Shown: positions 37,916 through 51,589, counted from the stretch's first letter. The stretch is 64,000 bases of DNA from Chiloscyllium plagiosum (GCF_004010195.1 NC_057755.1:2673804-2737803); one strand, 5' to 3'. Numbers and translations: made by a program. Notes: generated by a model not told the origin, from the sequence alone.

Positions 37916-38729
37916 CCTCATTATTTGTTCTTAATCATTGCCTGACGTGACATATCCCGTGCAAAGTTAACATGTTTTGTTCATCTTGATTTTTTCACTT
38001 GGCAAGGTGGAATTTTGGGATTCCAGGTGAGTGTTTAGTGCTGTTGGTTTGTGGTTGATGTAGATCAAGGTGAATTGCTCCATGCCTGTGATTGCAAGTG
38101 GCAGCATTGAGTGACGGGCAAACATGGATAGTGGGAAAATGAATTCCAGAGGAAGAAGGAGAAAGACTTCATTGATGTCTCACTCACCCCTTCTCCCGCG
38201 ACCTTCACATCTTGCCCCACCAACCACCATCATCATCCGCAACAACTGCTGTGCTCCCTGTGCAGCTGTTCAGGGAAAATCAAGGCCTATCTCTCTGTCC
38301 GCACTTGCCATAACCATAACCAAACCCAGGGTTAATGGCTCAGAGCTGCTGAGTCTGTGACCCCACGTTCCCTGAGGAGTATCCTTCTTCCCTTATCCTT
38401 AAATCCATTGCCATGTCCTTCTGATTGTGTCTCCTTTCTGGATGGATAGGTCCTGCATATGGGTTCAATTACACAACATTGGGGCAAATTTTCCCATCCT
38501 GAAAATGGTTGTTTTTGAAAGAACCATTTGTCTAGTCCGAGACTCCACTTTCTGCCTTGTTGCCCATTACCAACAAACTCCTCTTCTTTAATAATATTTC
38601 AGTCTCCTGTCAACAAGAACACACAAAAAAGTTAATCATGGCTATAGCATCTGACGCAAACCACACTGCATTTATGGCATAAAGCAACAGATCATATGTC
38701 AAAAATGTAGATGGTGTGGAAAAATAATG

Positions 38730-38907
38730 TTAAAAATCACACAACACCAGGTTATAGTCCAACAGGTTTAATTTGAAGCACACTAGCTTTCGGAGCGACG
38801 CTCCTTCATCAGGTGATTGCTTCCAATTAAACCTGTTGGACTATAACCTGGTGTTGTGTGATTTTTAACTTTGTACACCCCAGTCCAACACCGGCATCTC
38901 CGAATCT
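38730..38907. mobile_element. Penelope-like terminal inverted-pair insertion in the GPCR intron
   Basis: 38729-38780 and 38819-38869 are inverted. Perfect 13-bp TSD TGGAAAAATAATG (38717-38729, 38908-38920). Confidence 0.85.
38781..38815 (-). ncRNA. Minimal type I hammerhead ribozyme motif (PLE-associated)
   Basis: Minus strand: CAC-CUGAUGA-A-GGAGC-GUC-GCUCC-GAAA-GC-UA-GUG. Core intact, 5-bp stem II, palindromic AGCU stem III, CAC/GUG stem I. Confidence 0.7.
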
Positions 38908-40191
38908 TGGAAAAATAATGGTTTTCAAGTAGAAAATCCATAACCTTTTTATATAGTAGGATGCCCGAGTGGTGTATTCGTCCTCTTTTGTATGTTCCTA
39001 TACTATTTCTCATTTAATTTCTCACAGCGAACTTGGTGGCAATCTTAATCCTTTGCTGGGGTTGATGCGGTCTGTCCCGGTGCATCTCACTCTACCTGAT
39101 GGCGATCGCAGTGACTGATTTCCTTGTCATTGCCAATGGGTGCATCCTCAATCGGATCGGCCGAATCTACTTTCGTAATAGTGTCCTGTCCACTACTCCT
39201 GGATGCAAACTCACTATTATGCTGATCTTTGCCACTTGGGATTGCTCGGTCTGGCTGACAGTGGCCTTCACCTTTGACCGTTTTGTGGCCATCTGCTTAT
39301 AGAGCCTGAAGACCAGATATTGTACCGAGAAATCTGCATTGCTGGTCAGAGGAATGGTCTGTTACTTGAGTTTCGCAAAAAATGTTCCTTTCTACATCAT
39401 CCTTAAGCCCTTGTACTTTGTGGATGGGGTGCCCTGGTTCTGCATTATCAAGTCCTTCTATTACATAGAAGGCCTTCGATTCGCTGGATCACATATTAAC
39501 TCCTTTTCTCCCCTTCCTCCTCGTTCTGCTGCTCAATACCTTGACAGTATGTATTATCTTAGTTGCTATCAGGGCCCGCAGGAGACTCCGGAGCACAGAG
39601 AATCATGGAGACCCAGAGATGGTGAACCGCAGGAGATCCATTGTCCTGCTGTTCGCCATCTCACTCAGCTTCCTCCTCCTATGGGTCACTCATGCCATAC
39701 AGTTTCTCTACGTGCGAATTACTGGTGTGGGTTACTTTAACAGCCTGGACTTCAATGATCCACAATACATCCTTCAAGAGACGACCAATATGCTCCAAAT
39801 GCTCAGTTTCTGTAACAATATTTTCATCTATGCTGTGACCCAGAACAAATTCCGAGAGGAGTTGAAGCAAGTCCTAATTTATCCCTTTACCATTTTCATT
39901 GCTGTTTTAAACAGGAAACCGCAGTAAAACGCACTCCAGTCACTTTGTTTAAATTTGTGCCAACAGATGTGTAGCACTCTATTTCTCTCAATATAAGCCA
40001 AGTTCCCATACTTCAGAGATGTATATATCACACTCCAGTAGCAACAGGTCACTGTTCTCAATATTGAAAGAATATTGAACTAATTGATTTGCTGCTTCTT
40101 TGTTGACATGACAAGCTATTCTCTTTGATGAAATGTGAAGAGTCCCACAATCTCTCCCGTCATCTGGTCCAATGATGAGACTAAATTGGGG

Positions 40192-40512
40192 ATTAGATTT
40201 CGTGTTGTATGGATACAGGTCCTCCAGCCCAACAAGTCCACAGTGACCCTCCGAACAGTAACCCATCCAGATCCATTCCCCTATCCTATATTTATCCCTG
40301 ACCAATGCACCTCACACTGTGGGCAATTTAGGATAGCCAATTCACCTGACCTGCACATTTTTGGATTGTGGGAGGAAACCAAAGCACCTGGAGGAAACCC
40401 ACACAGACACGAGGAGAATGTGCAAACTCCACGCAGACAGTCACCTGAGGTGGGAATTGAACCCAGGTCCCTGGAACTATTAGGCAGCAGTCCTAACCAC
40501 TGAGCCACTGTG
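40192..40512 (-). mobile_element. tRNA-derived SINE (duplicated at ~44663-44983)
   Basis: CAGTGGCTCAGTGGTTAG...GGTTCAATTCC head on minus strand. Confidence 0.85.
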
Positions 40513-41244
40513 CAACAGTGTTTGCATTGCATTGAAAATCACTGAAACAATATTCTGCTTATTCATCAAATTATAATTCTGAATTTTGTCACAGCACATA
40601 TTTGCTGCAATATTTCGTGCAAGAGAACGAGTTTACCGGTTATAACATAAAGTTGTACATTCTGAGATCGTTAAACACATTCTACAAATGTGGAATGTCT
40701 TCTTTCTTTCTTTCTTTCCTTCACTCCCTTTTAGCCTCTTTCTTATTATCCTTATGGTCTTTTTATTTTCTTGCTTGCTTGCTTTTCTTTCCAGCCTTTC
40801 AGCCCAAAGCGGGTCTGCATAAACGAAGAAACCAACTCTACCTTCACCTTGCAGCATGTGATTTGAAGCCTTTCAGGTTACGATTGAGGTTGTACATGTC
40901 CAACATAAAGTGAATTCCAATAACCCACTTTTACCAATCATCTTAAAACTGTGCATATTGTAAATTACTGCTCTGCTCAGGAAAATGGATCCTTGCAGTT
41001 TATTTTATCTGGGTTCCTCATAATTTGTTGCATCTCAATTAAGTTAAACCTCAGTCTCCTCTGCTCTCAGGGAAATAATCCTACTTTCTCCAATCAATCC
41101 TTGTAACTGCATTCTTCATTTTGCAAGTCTTTCTGTTACCTCTATAGCTGTTATGTCTTTCTTGTAATGCAGTGATTAGAATTGCACACAAAACATCAGT
41201 TGTGGAATCACGTAATTTTAATTTACAGTTCTATTCGTACATGC

Positions 41245-43580
41245 TCACTAATGGCAGGGGGATGGGAACCAGAGTGAGAGATCAGAGGTGAGGGTAGTTG
41301 TTGAACGGGCAAAATAGAATGCAGAGAATCTGTCGAGAAGGATACACAGTTGATCGGGCAATGGGATGTGTTCAAGTTCAATATAAGCCATGTTAGGAAT
41401 AAGAGTGATGAACTTAGAGCGTGGATCTAAGACTTGGAACTACCATGTTGTGGACAGAACAAATACATTGATTTCACAGGGACAAGAATAGTTGCTGAAC
41501 ATTCCAGGGTTTAGACCTTTTAAAAAGAACAGGGAGGAATGTAAAAGAGGAGGAGAAATAGCGTTGTTAATTAGAGAGTGCATCACAATTGCTGAAAAGG
41601 AGGCTGTTGAGGAGGATTAGTCTACTGAGTCAGTAGGGGTGGGAGTCAGTAACAGGAAAGGAGCAGACACTTTATTTGGTGTTTTCTACAGACCCCCCCA
41701 ATAGCAGCAGAGAGGTGGAAGAACAGGTCGGACAGCAGAAGTTGGAAAGATGCAGATGTAACAGAGATATTCTTATGAGTGACTTCAACGTTCCCAGTAA
41801 TGGTTGGAACCTTCTTAGTGCAAATGGTCTGGATGGAGCCAGGTGTGTGAGGTGTGTCCAGGAAACATTCCTGACTCGTTATGTAGAAAGGCCGACTGGG
41901 GTGAGGCCATATTGGATTTGGTGCTAGGGCACGGGCCAGGCCAGGTGTCAGAACTCTCACCTTTACCATAGCAATGGAGAGGGATAGGAGCAAACAGTAT
42001 TGGGAGGTATTTATTTGGTGGAGGGGAAATTAAACTGCTATTAGACAGGAGCTATGGAGTATAAATTGGGAACAATTGTACAACAGAAAATGCACAACAG
42101 AAATGTGAAGGCTGTTTATGGAGCACTTGTAGTGAGTGTTGGATAACTTTGTCCCATTGATACAGGCAAGGAATGGTAAGGTGAAGGAGCGTTGGATGAC
42201 AAGAGCAGAGGAGCTTCCTATCAAGAGGAAGAAGGAAGCGTACTTTAGGCTGAGGAAGCAGGGATCTGGCACAACTTTAGAGGATTACTGGGCAGCTCAG
42301 AAAGAACTGAAAATGGACTGAGGAGAGCTAGGAGGGGACAAATAAAGCCTTGGCGTGAAAGATTAGGGAAAACCCAAAGGCTTTCTACATGTACGTGAGA
42401 ATAAGAGAATGATCAGCACGAGGGTAGGGCCAATCAGGGATAGTGGAGGGAACTTGTGTCTGGAATCTGAAGAGGTAGGGGAGCCTCTAAATGAGGTTTT
42501 GCTTCCTTGTTGATAATGAGAACACTCTGGACCAGGTTAATATTCTTGAACAGATTGATATGAAGAATGTGGATGTGCTGGAAATTCTGGGAAGCATCAA
42601 GATATATAAGTCTCCAGGGCCAGACCAAATATATCCAAGATTATTACGGGAAGTAATATTGCGGTGCCTCAGGCAATGATCTCTGCATCAGCACTCTCCA
42701 CGGGAATAGTACTGGAAGGCTTGTGGGAGGCGAATATTCTTCCTCTGTTTAAGAAGGGAAATGGGGAAATCCCTTGCAATTACTGACCAGTCAGTCTTAC
42801 GTCTGTTGTAAGCAGGTTACTGAGATATGATTTATGTTTATTTGGAAAAAACATAGTTTGATAAAAGATAGTCAGCATGGCTTTGTGAGGGGCAGGTAAT
42901 GCCTCACAAACCTTATTGAGGATGTGACAAGACGAGTTGATGAAGGTCAAGCAGTGGGATGTGGTGTATATGATTTCAGCAAGGCATTTGATAATAGTTC
43001 CCACGGTAGGCTCATTCAGAAAGTTAGGAGGTGATGGATATAGGAACATTTAGCTGTCTCGATACAGAATTGGCTGACCAAAACAAGACAGCGAGTAGAA
43101 GTGAATGTAATGTAGTCCGCCTGGAGGTTGGTGATGAGTGGTGTTCTGTAGGGGTCTGTTCTTGGGCCTCTGCACTTTGTAGTTTTTATAAATGACTTAG
43201 ATAAAGAAGTGGAAGAATGGGTTAGTAAGTTTGCCATTGACACTAAAGATCAGTGATGTTGTAGATAGTGCTAAGGGTTGTGGCAGGCTGCAACATTACA
43301 TTGACAGGATGTAGAGGTGAGCTGAGAATTTGCATGTGAAATTCAATCTGAATAACCGACAAGAGACTCATTTTGGAAGGTTGAATTTGAATGCTGAATA
43401 CAATGTTTAGACAGGATTCTTGGCAGCGTGGAGGAACAGTGGGATCTTGGTGTCCAAGCAAAAGTGCCTCCCAAATTGATAGGGCTGTTAAGAAGGCATA
43501 TGATCTGTTGGTATTCATTATCAGGGGAATTGAGCTTAAGAGCTGCGAGGTTATGCTACAGCTTTATAAAATCCTGTTGG
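41245..43580 (+). mobile_element. CR1-type LINE, truncated by the duplication junction; completed by copy 45192-47950
   Basis: RNKSDELRAWI (endonuclease start), KSPGPDQIYPR, SQHGF, SKFA. 3' tail near 47930-47950. Confidence 0.88.
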
Positions 43581-44398
43581 AGTGACTGATTTCCTTGTCA
43601 TTGCCAATGGGTGGATCCTCAATCGGATCGGCCGAATCTACTTTCGTAATAGTGTCCTGTCCACTACTCCTGGATGCAAACTCACTATTATGCTGATCTT
43701 TGCCACTTGGGATTGCTCGGTCTGGCTGACAGTGGCCTTCACCTTTGACCGTTTTGTGGCCATCTGCTTACAGAGCCTGAAGACCAGATATTGTACCGAG
43801 AAATCTGCATTGCTGGTCATAGGAATGGTCTGTTACTTGAGTATCGCAAAAAATGCTCCTTTCTACATCATCTTTAAGCCCTTGTACTTTGTGGATGGGG
43901 TGCCCTGGTTCTGCATTATCAAGTCCTTCTATTACACAGAAGGCCTTCGATTCGCTGGATCACATATTAACTCCTTTTCTCCCCTTCCTCCTCATTCTGC
44001 TGCTCAATACCTTGACAGTACGAATTATCTTAGTTGGTATCAGGGCTCGCAGGAGACTCCGGAGCACAGAGAATCATGGAGACCCAGAGATGGTGAACCG
44101 CAGGAGATCAATTATTCTGGTGTTCGCCATCTCACTCAGCTTCCTCCTCCTATGGGTCACTCATGTCATACAGTTTCTCTATGTGCGAATTACTGGTGTG
44201 GGTTACTTTAACAGCCTGGACTTCAATGATCCACAATACATCCTTCAAGAGACGACCAATATGCTCCAAATGCTCAGTTCCTGTAACAATAGTTTCATCT
44301 ATGCTGTGACCCAGAACAAATTCCGCCAGGAGTTGAAGCAAGTCCTAATTTATCCCTTTGCCATTTTCATTGCTGTTTTAAACAAGAAACCGCAGTAA
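43581..44398 (+). pseudogene. 5'-truncated duplicate of the GPR139-like GPCR exon
   Basis: Starts at VTDFLV fused to CR1. Lacks TM1 and the acceptor. Shares the frameshift (~43940) but has CAG where copy 1 has TAG. Confidence 0.9.
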
Positions 44399-47300
44399 AA
44401 CGCACTCCAGTCACTTTGTTTAAATTTGTGCCAGTCGATGTGTCGCACTCTATTTCTCTCAATATAAGCCAAGTTCCCATACTTCAGAGATGTATATATC
44501 ACACTCCAGTAGCAACAGGTCACTGTTCTCTATATTGAAAGAATATTGAACTAATTGATTTGCTGCTTCTTTGTTGACATGACAAGCTATTCTCTTTGAT
44601 GAAATGTGAAGAGTCCCACAATCTCTCCCGTCATCTGGTCCAATGATGAGACTAAATTGGGGATTAGATTTCGTGTTGTATGTTTACAGGTCCTACAGCC
44701 CAACAAGTCCACAGTGACCCTCCAAACAGTAACCCATCCAGATCCATTCCCCTATCCTATATTTACCCCTGACCAATTCACCTCACACTGTGGGCAATTT
44801 AGGATAGCCAATTCACCTGACCTGCACATTTTTGGATTGTGGGAGGAAACCAAAGCACCTGGAGGAAACCCACACAGACACGAGGAGAATGTGCAAACTC
44901 CACGCAGACAGACACCTGAGGTGGGAATTGAACCCAGGTCCCTGGCACTGTTAGGCAGCAGTGCTAACCACTGAGCCACTGTGCAACAGTGTTTGCGTTG
45001 CATTGAAAATCACTGAAACAATATTCTGCTTATTCATCAAATTATGATTCTGAATTTTGTCACAGCACATATTTGCTGCAATATTTCGTGCAAGAGAAAG
45101 AGTTTACCGGTTATAACATAAAGTTGTACATTCTGAGATCGTTAAACACATTCTACAAATGTAGAATGTCTTCTTTCTTTCTTTCTTTCCTCAAGTTCAA
45201 TGTAAGCCATGTCAGGAATAAGAGTGATGAACTTAGAGCGTGGATCGAAGACTTGGAACTACCACGTTGTGGATAGAACAAATACATTGATTTCACATGG
45301 ACAAGAATAGTTGCTGAACATTCCAGGGTTTAAACCTTTTAAAAAGAACAGGGAGGAATGTAAAAGAGGAGGAGAAATAGCGTTGTTAATTAGAGAATGC
45401 ATCACAATTGCTGAAAAGGAGGCTGTTGAGGAGGGTTAGTCTACTGAGTCAGTAGGGGTGGGAGTCAGTAACAGGAAAGGAGCAGACACTTTATTGGGTG
45501 TTTTCTACAGATCCCCAATAGCAGCAGAGAGGTGGAAGAACAGGTCGGACAGCAGATGTTGGAAAGGTGCAGATGTAACAGAGATATTGTTATGGGTGAC
45601 TTCAACTTTCCCAGTAATGGTTGGAACCTTCTTAGTGCAGATGGTCTGGATGGAGCCAGGTGTGTGAGGTGTGTCCAGGAAACATTCCTGACTCGTTATG
45701 TGGACAGGCCGACTGGGGTGAGGCCATATTGGATTTGGTGCTAGGGCACGGGCCAGGCCAGGTGTCAGAACTCTCACCTTTACCATAGCAATGGAGAGGG
45801 ATAGGAGCAAACAGTATGGGGAAGTATTTATTTGGTGGAGGGGAAATTAAACTGCTATTAGACAGGAGCTATGGAGTATAAATTGGGAACAATTGTACAA
45901 CAGAAAATGCACAACAGAAATGTGGAGGCTGTTTAAGGAGCACTTGTAGTGAGTGTTGGATAACTTTGTCCCATTGAGATAGGCAAGGAATGGTAAGGTG
46001 AAGGAGCGTTGGATGACAAGAGCAGAGGAGCTTCCATCAAGAGGAAGAAGGAAGCGTACTTTAGGCTGAGGAAGCCGGGATCTGGCACAACTGTAGAGGA
46101 TTACTGGGCAGCTCAGAAAGAACTGAAAATGGACTGAGGAGAGCTAGGAGGGGACAAAAAAAGCCTTGGCATGAAAGATTAGGGAAAACTCAAAGGCTTT
46201 CTACATGTACGTGAGATAAGAGAATGATCGGCACGAGGGTAGGGCCAATCAGGGATAGTGGAGGGAACTTGTGTCTGGAATCTGAAGAGGTAGGGGAGCC
46301 TCTAAATGAGGTTTTGCTTCCTTGTTGATAATGAGAATACTCTGGACCAGGTTAATATTCTTGAACAGATTGATATGAACAATGTGGATGTGCTGGAAAT
46401 TCTGGGAAGCATCAAGATATATATAAGTCTCCAGGGCCAGACCAAATATATCCAAGATTATTACGGGAAGTAATATTGCGGTGCCTCTGGTGATGATCTC
46501 TGCATCAGCACTCTCCACGGGAATAGTACTGGAAGGCTTGTGGGAGGCGAATATTCTTCCTCTGTTCAAGAAGGGAAATAGGGAAATCCCTTGCAATTAC
46601 TGACCAGTCAGTCTTACGTCTGTTGTAAGCAGGTTACTGAGATATGATTTATGTTTATTTGGAAAAAACATAGTTTGATAAAAGATAGTCAGCATGGCTT
46701 TGTGAGGGGCAGGTAATGCCTCACAAACCTTCTTGAGTTCTTTGAGGATGTGACAAGACGAGTTGATGAAGGTCAAGCAGTGGGATGTGGTGTATATGAT
46801 TTCAGCAAGGCATTTGATAATATTTCCCACGGTAGGCTCATTCAGAAAGTTAGGAGGTGATGGTTATAGGAACATTTAGCTGCCTCGATACAGAATTGGC
46901 TGACCAAAACAAGACAGCGAGTAGAAGTGGATGTAATGTAGTCCGCCTGGAGGTTGGTGATGAGTGGTGTTCTGTAGGGGTCTGTTCTTGGGCCTCTGCA
47001 CTTTGTAGTTTTTATAAATGACTTAGATAAAGAAGTGGAAGAATGGGTTAGTAAGTTTGCCATTGACACTAAAGATCAGTGATGTTGTAGATAGTGCTAA
47101 GGGTTGTGGCAGGCTGCAACATTACATTGACAGGATGTAGAGGTGAGCTGAGAATTTGCATGTGAAATTCAATCTGAATAACCGACAAGAGACTCATTTT
47201 GGAAGGTTGAATTTGAATGCTGAATACAATGTTTAGACAGGATTCTTGGCAGCGTGGAGGAACAGTGGGATCTTGGTGTCCAAGCAAAAGTGCCTCCCAA

Positions 47301-48099
47301 ATTGATAGGGCTGTTAAGAAGGCATATGATCTGTTGGTATTCATTATCAGGGGAATTGAGCTTAAGAGCTGCGAGGTTATGCTACAGCTTTATAAAATCC
47401 TGTTGGACTACACTTGGCACCTTGTGTCCAGTTCTGATCGCCTCATTAGGGGAAGGATGTCAATGCTTTAGAGAGGGTGCAGAGATTTACCAGGATACTG
47501 CAGTTCATGTTCGATTAAAGAAAGGTTGAGGGAGCTACGTCTTTTTTTGTTGAAGCGAAGAATGGTGAGAGGCAACTTGGTAGAAGTATACAAGGTGATG
47601 AGAGGCATAGATAGAGTGAATAGTCAGAGACTTTTTTCCTCGGGCAGAAATGGCTATCACGAGCTGCATAATTTTTCATGATTAGAGGAATATTTAGGGG
47701 AGGCGTCAGAGCTTGTATATTTTTTAAACACAGAGAGTGGTGCGTTCGTGGAATGCACTGCCACCGTTGGTAGTAGAGTCAGATGCATTAGGGACATTTA
47801 AGCGACGCTTGGATATGCACATGACTGATATAAAAATGAAGGGTATGTAGGTTGGTTTGATCTTGGAGTAGGACAAAAGATTGGTACAACATCGAGGGCA
47901 GAATGGTTTGTGTTTGCTGTACTGTCCTGTGCTTTATGTTGTATGTTCTAAGGTTGAAGATCTTAGTTCCTCTACCCCTTTCATTATTTCAATCAAAGCG
48001 AGGTTCTGAATTCAGACAAGCGTGCGTTCGGCATTTGGGGAGAGTCAACTGAATTCAGAACCATTTGCCATCACCTACTCAACTGAAGAACTGACAACA

Positions 48100-48470
48100 T
48101 TCTACATTTGATAGCCATTACCTTTACTCTGAACTACAACAGTGATACTTACATCGTCTGCAAACCACCCTTCATCCTTTACACCCAAATCATTAATATG
48201 TACAAATAATGCAAAGGTATCCAAAATTGAGCCCTGTGGAATATCATTGCAAACAACTTTCAATTCACTCAAATTTCTATCAATTATTACCTCAAATTTC
48301 CTTTCACTGAACAAATTTTAGATTGAACTGGCAACATTCTCCTGTGTTCCTTAAAATTTTGTTTCTTGGGCTATTCTATCAAATGGGACCTTGTCAACTG
48401 ACCTACTAAACTCCATATTGACAACATCTACTGCATTACCATCATAAATCCTCCATGTTATGTCCATAAA
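48100..48470 (-). mobile_element. Old CR1/L2-type RT remnant
   Basis: DKVP, IPQGSILD, FADD motifs. Confidence 0.7.
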
Positions 48471-51151
48471 TATGGCATTTAGTATGACTCAACCTTCCTT
48501 GAATTGATGTATTTATTGGCAGGTGTATTTTGTTGCAAAATACAGAGAAAAGTATTGTACAGCATTGCCTCTTTCCAACGCCATCTTAAAACATACAGTG
48601 CCATCTCACTTTCAATGTTGCCTGCGCCACTACGAGTCCTCGCTGGGCCACAAAACCCCACGACTATACCAAGTGGCAGTTTCTCCTGTCAGAATTTATT
48701 CTAAAAAAATGCAAACTATGGAATTCAGACCTGGCTTAAATAGCACATCTTTTTTAATGCTGCACGCTACATTGTTCACAGATCTCCAACCCTCTGATAC
48801 ATCATTGGTATGTGGTGAGCATTAGAAAATGATTTGCGATGTGACACTTATTTCATGTTTGGCTTCCTTTAAACGGGTGAAGGATCAATCACCCTCTTAA
48901 TTTATCCACTTTCACAGAGAACATTTCCGATATTCCAGCTCGGACTATGCATATTGTATCTCATAATTAATTCCTCCTCTTTGACTAGATTGCCTATATC
49001 ACCCAGTTCTTTGTGAAAACAGAGTCACAGAGACAAACACTCGTTGAGAATCTCCATCTTCTACATCTAAGTGTGCGATGCCCTTTACATCCTAGATCAG
49101 CCCTATTGTTTCTTAATTATCCTGCTGCTGTTTGTTAATGTGTTTGTTGAAGTACTGATAACATATCTTTGGTTTTTCCTGTCAATGCATTGTTCTATCA
49201 CTTTGTTGATTTCCTAATTCTCATCTTTACTTCAATCCTGTACGTTCAACACTCGGCTATGCTTATAGCTTTGCCCCTTTCCATAATGATGACAAATTTA
49301 GTTGCAATCTGATTGCCATCTGGTTAAGTCACTCACTGCTATTTCATTCAATCTTCCAGCTTCTTTTCCTAAAATAATCCATAATCCAGAACTGTGCTAC
49401 TCTCATTTGTCTTATTATTTACATTATGAAGAGAAAACAATATCCTCTTGAATGTTCTTGCAAACATTTGGTGCCCTTTGAGTTTTCCACACTCTTTGTA
49501 ATTCAATTAAGATTATTTTAGTTGAAGTAAACAACTGTTACTACCTTATTGTGTTTTTCTCTCTATATAAAGTGAGTTTGACTTTGAAATGTGGCTGTAG
49601 TTTTAAGTTGATACAGGGAACAGGTGATAAAAGCAAAAGGATCATACAAGAAACAACATGGCAAGGCGTGACTCGGATCTGAATGGTTGGATTTGCTTTC
49701 CGTTATTTGCCTCTATAACATGTCTTCTCCAAGACCATGGACAACCTTATCGTCTCGGGAGATCTTCCATCTGTAACCTCCAACCTTAGTTCCCTTAACA
49801 CCGCACCACCCATTTCTATCTCTGCTCCAAAATTAATAAATCTGATTGCCCTGGCCGATCTGAGCAGCATCTGCAGTCCTCAGTATCTCCAACTCTCCAA
49901 TATGTTGAATGACATTCTACACTTCACTTTCATGCACGTGGCAAAGTGAATAATTTAATAACTAATCGCTCCTTCAAAGAGGAAGACGATGGAGTTGTTT
50001 GCACAAAGGTTAATTCTCATTCTCTCTTCCCCTGGTGACTTGCTGAAGTTCAATGCAAAATTCTGTTTGCACGTGGGAATGTTCGGATAGTTTCAACGAT
50101 ATCAGCCAATAAAATTTGTTAGCTTCTGTTAGATATGTTTCATTTTTCTTTATTGTATTGGAAAAGTTACACCATTCAACAATAAAAAGCAGTTAGCATT
50201 TGTCGAGCATGTTGAATATAATAATACGGCCAAAGGTGATTTACATAACTGATTATAAAGCTAAATCCAAAAACACACTTCCAAAAAAGGCATCAGGAGT
50301 GTGACAGAAAACCTCATGAAAGTGTTAAGACCAAATGAGCATCTCAAAGGATTTCACAGGGTCTGTCAGGCAGTGAAAGCTTTAGAAAACATTACACTGT
50401 CCGAATTCTGGGCAGATTAAAGTAGACCGTTGATGTGCTGGGCTTTCCCATTATTAAGGATACTTATACTTTCATAAACTCCTTGTCCAGTGAGTTGTCC
50501 CATTCTCTACGGTCATTCACGATTGGTTGTGACAGAACTGCAGACCGGAGATTTCGACCTTTGGTCGTGAATTCACTTAGCTCTGATTATTAACCACTGC
50601 TTAAGCTATTTAACTCGCAAGTAATCTTGTTGTGCAGCTTCACGAGATTGACAACGCATCTTAGTTCTGCATTGTGCTGCCCTTGGTAGGCCCTCCTCCA
50701 CTCTTCAATCCACCAAGATTGAACCCTGGCTTGATGGTAAAGGTAAAGTGTAGGGTCCGTCAGGCCATTCGGGTGCAGATTATGTTCGAATACAGTTTGG
50801 CCGCTGTTGACTACAATGCCTTGTAAAAGTTCAATTTTGAGTTGCCAGATCTACTGAGAAACTCATCCCATTCAGCATGGTGGCAACATACAGCACATGT
50901 GAGGTGTTATCAAAGTGAAGGGTGAACATTGTCTCCATAAGCTGTGTGGTGGTCAGTCTTTCTCAACTGTCATGGACAGAGACATCTGTGGCAGACTGAT
51001 TGGTAAGGGCGAGGTTAAGGATGTTTTCTTCCATCCTGTTAGTTTATTCATGAACTACTGTACACGCATTCAATGCAGAATGTCCTTTAGGATTCCAATG
51101 TTTCTGTCAGTAGTGCTGTTGCAGATGTTTTACATTGAAGTCCACAAGCCG

Positions 51152-51586
51152 TATTACTGAAAACAGGTGAACTGAAAACAGAAACTGAAGGGTTTGGAAC
51201 ACGAAGGGTTAGTACTTACAGAGTGTGGAATGGTGTGCTCTTGGGCTCGCCTGCTGCATGCAACAACTCGGATGGGGAGGTGGAACTTTGGACCGTGCTG
51301 ATCCTCTCGCCGGAAGAGGAAATATTTGGCACAGCGAGCCCCGCGCACGCGCACGCGCACGAAAACAACTAACCATCAAACGTGGGCTTTCACAGGCTTT
51401 TTTGTCCATGTCATTGACACGTCATTAAGAGAATAAAAACTACAGTGCCTTTTGTTCTGAGAGAGATGGTGTGGTCAAGTCCCGCAGTTAGGTGACAGTC
51501 ATGCTGACTCACCGAAAGCTTTTGTTTAATAAACTGTTCTTTGACTTGCCTCTACATTTGGGTTTTTATTAATTTTACATACAACA
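51152..51586. other. CpG-containing island of non-LINE sequence: solo LTR or promoter/first exon
   Basis: (GCGCAC)3 at ~51343-51360, AATAAA at 51432 and 51528, ends ...ATACAACA. Minus-strand GTAAGT donor-like site at ~51213-51218. Confidence 0.35.
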
Positions 51587-51589
51587 TCC

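Larger units (their letters stand above)
37972..39927 (+). pseudogene. Class A GPCR pseudogene, GPR139/GPR142-like (candidate exon 1 37972-38026; exon 2 39028-39927)
   Basis: Acceptor TTTCTCACAG|CG gives ANLVAILIL..CGLSRC..YLMAIAVTD, SVWLTVAFTFDRFVAIC, and CNNIFIYAVTQNKFREEL. Stops at 39064 and 39300-39302; frameshift near 39470. Confidence 0.88.
39110..47406 (+). repeat. Direct tandem segmental duplication (39110-43580; 43581-47406)
   Basis: Both units contain GPCR exon, SINE and CR1 in the same order at high identity. Unit 2 lacks ~40721-41372. Confidence 0.95.

Noticed and set aside
43582..44398. Functional GPCR or LINE-GPCR fusion protein
   Set aside because: TM1 is missing, the exon is frameshifted at ~43940, and the upstream CR1 ORF stops at the junction in a different frame.
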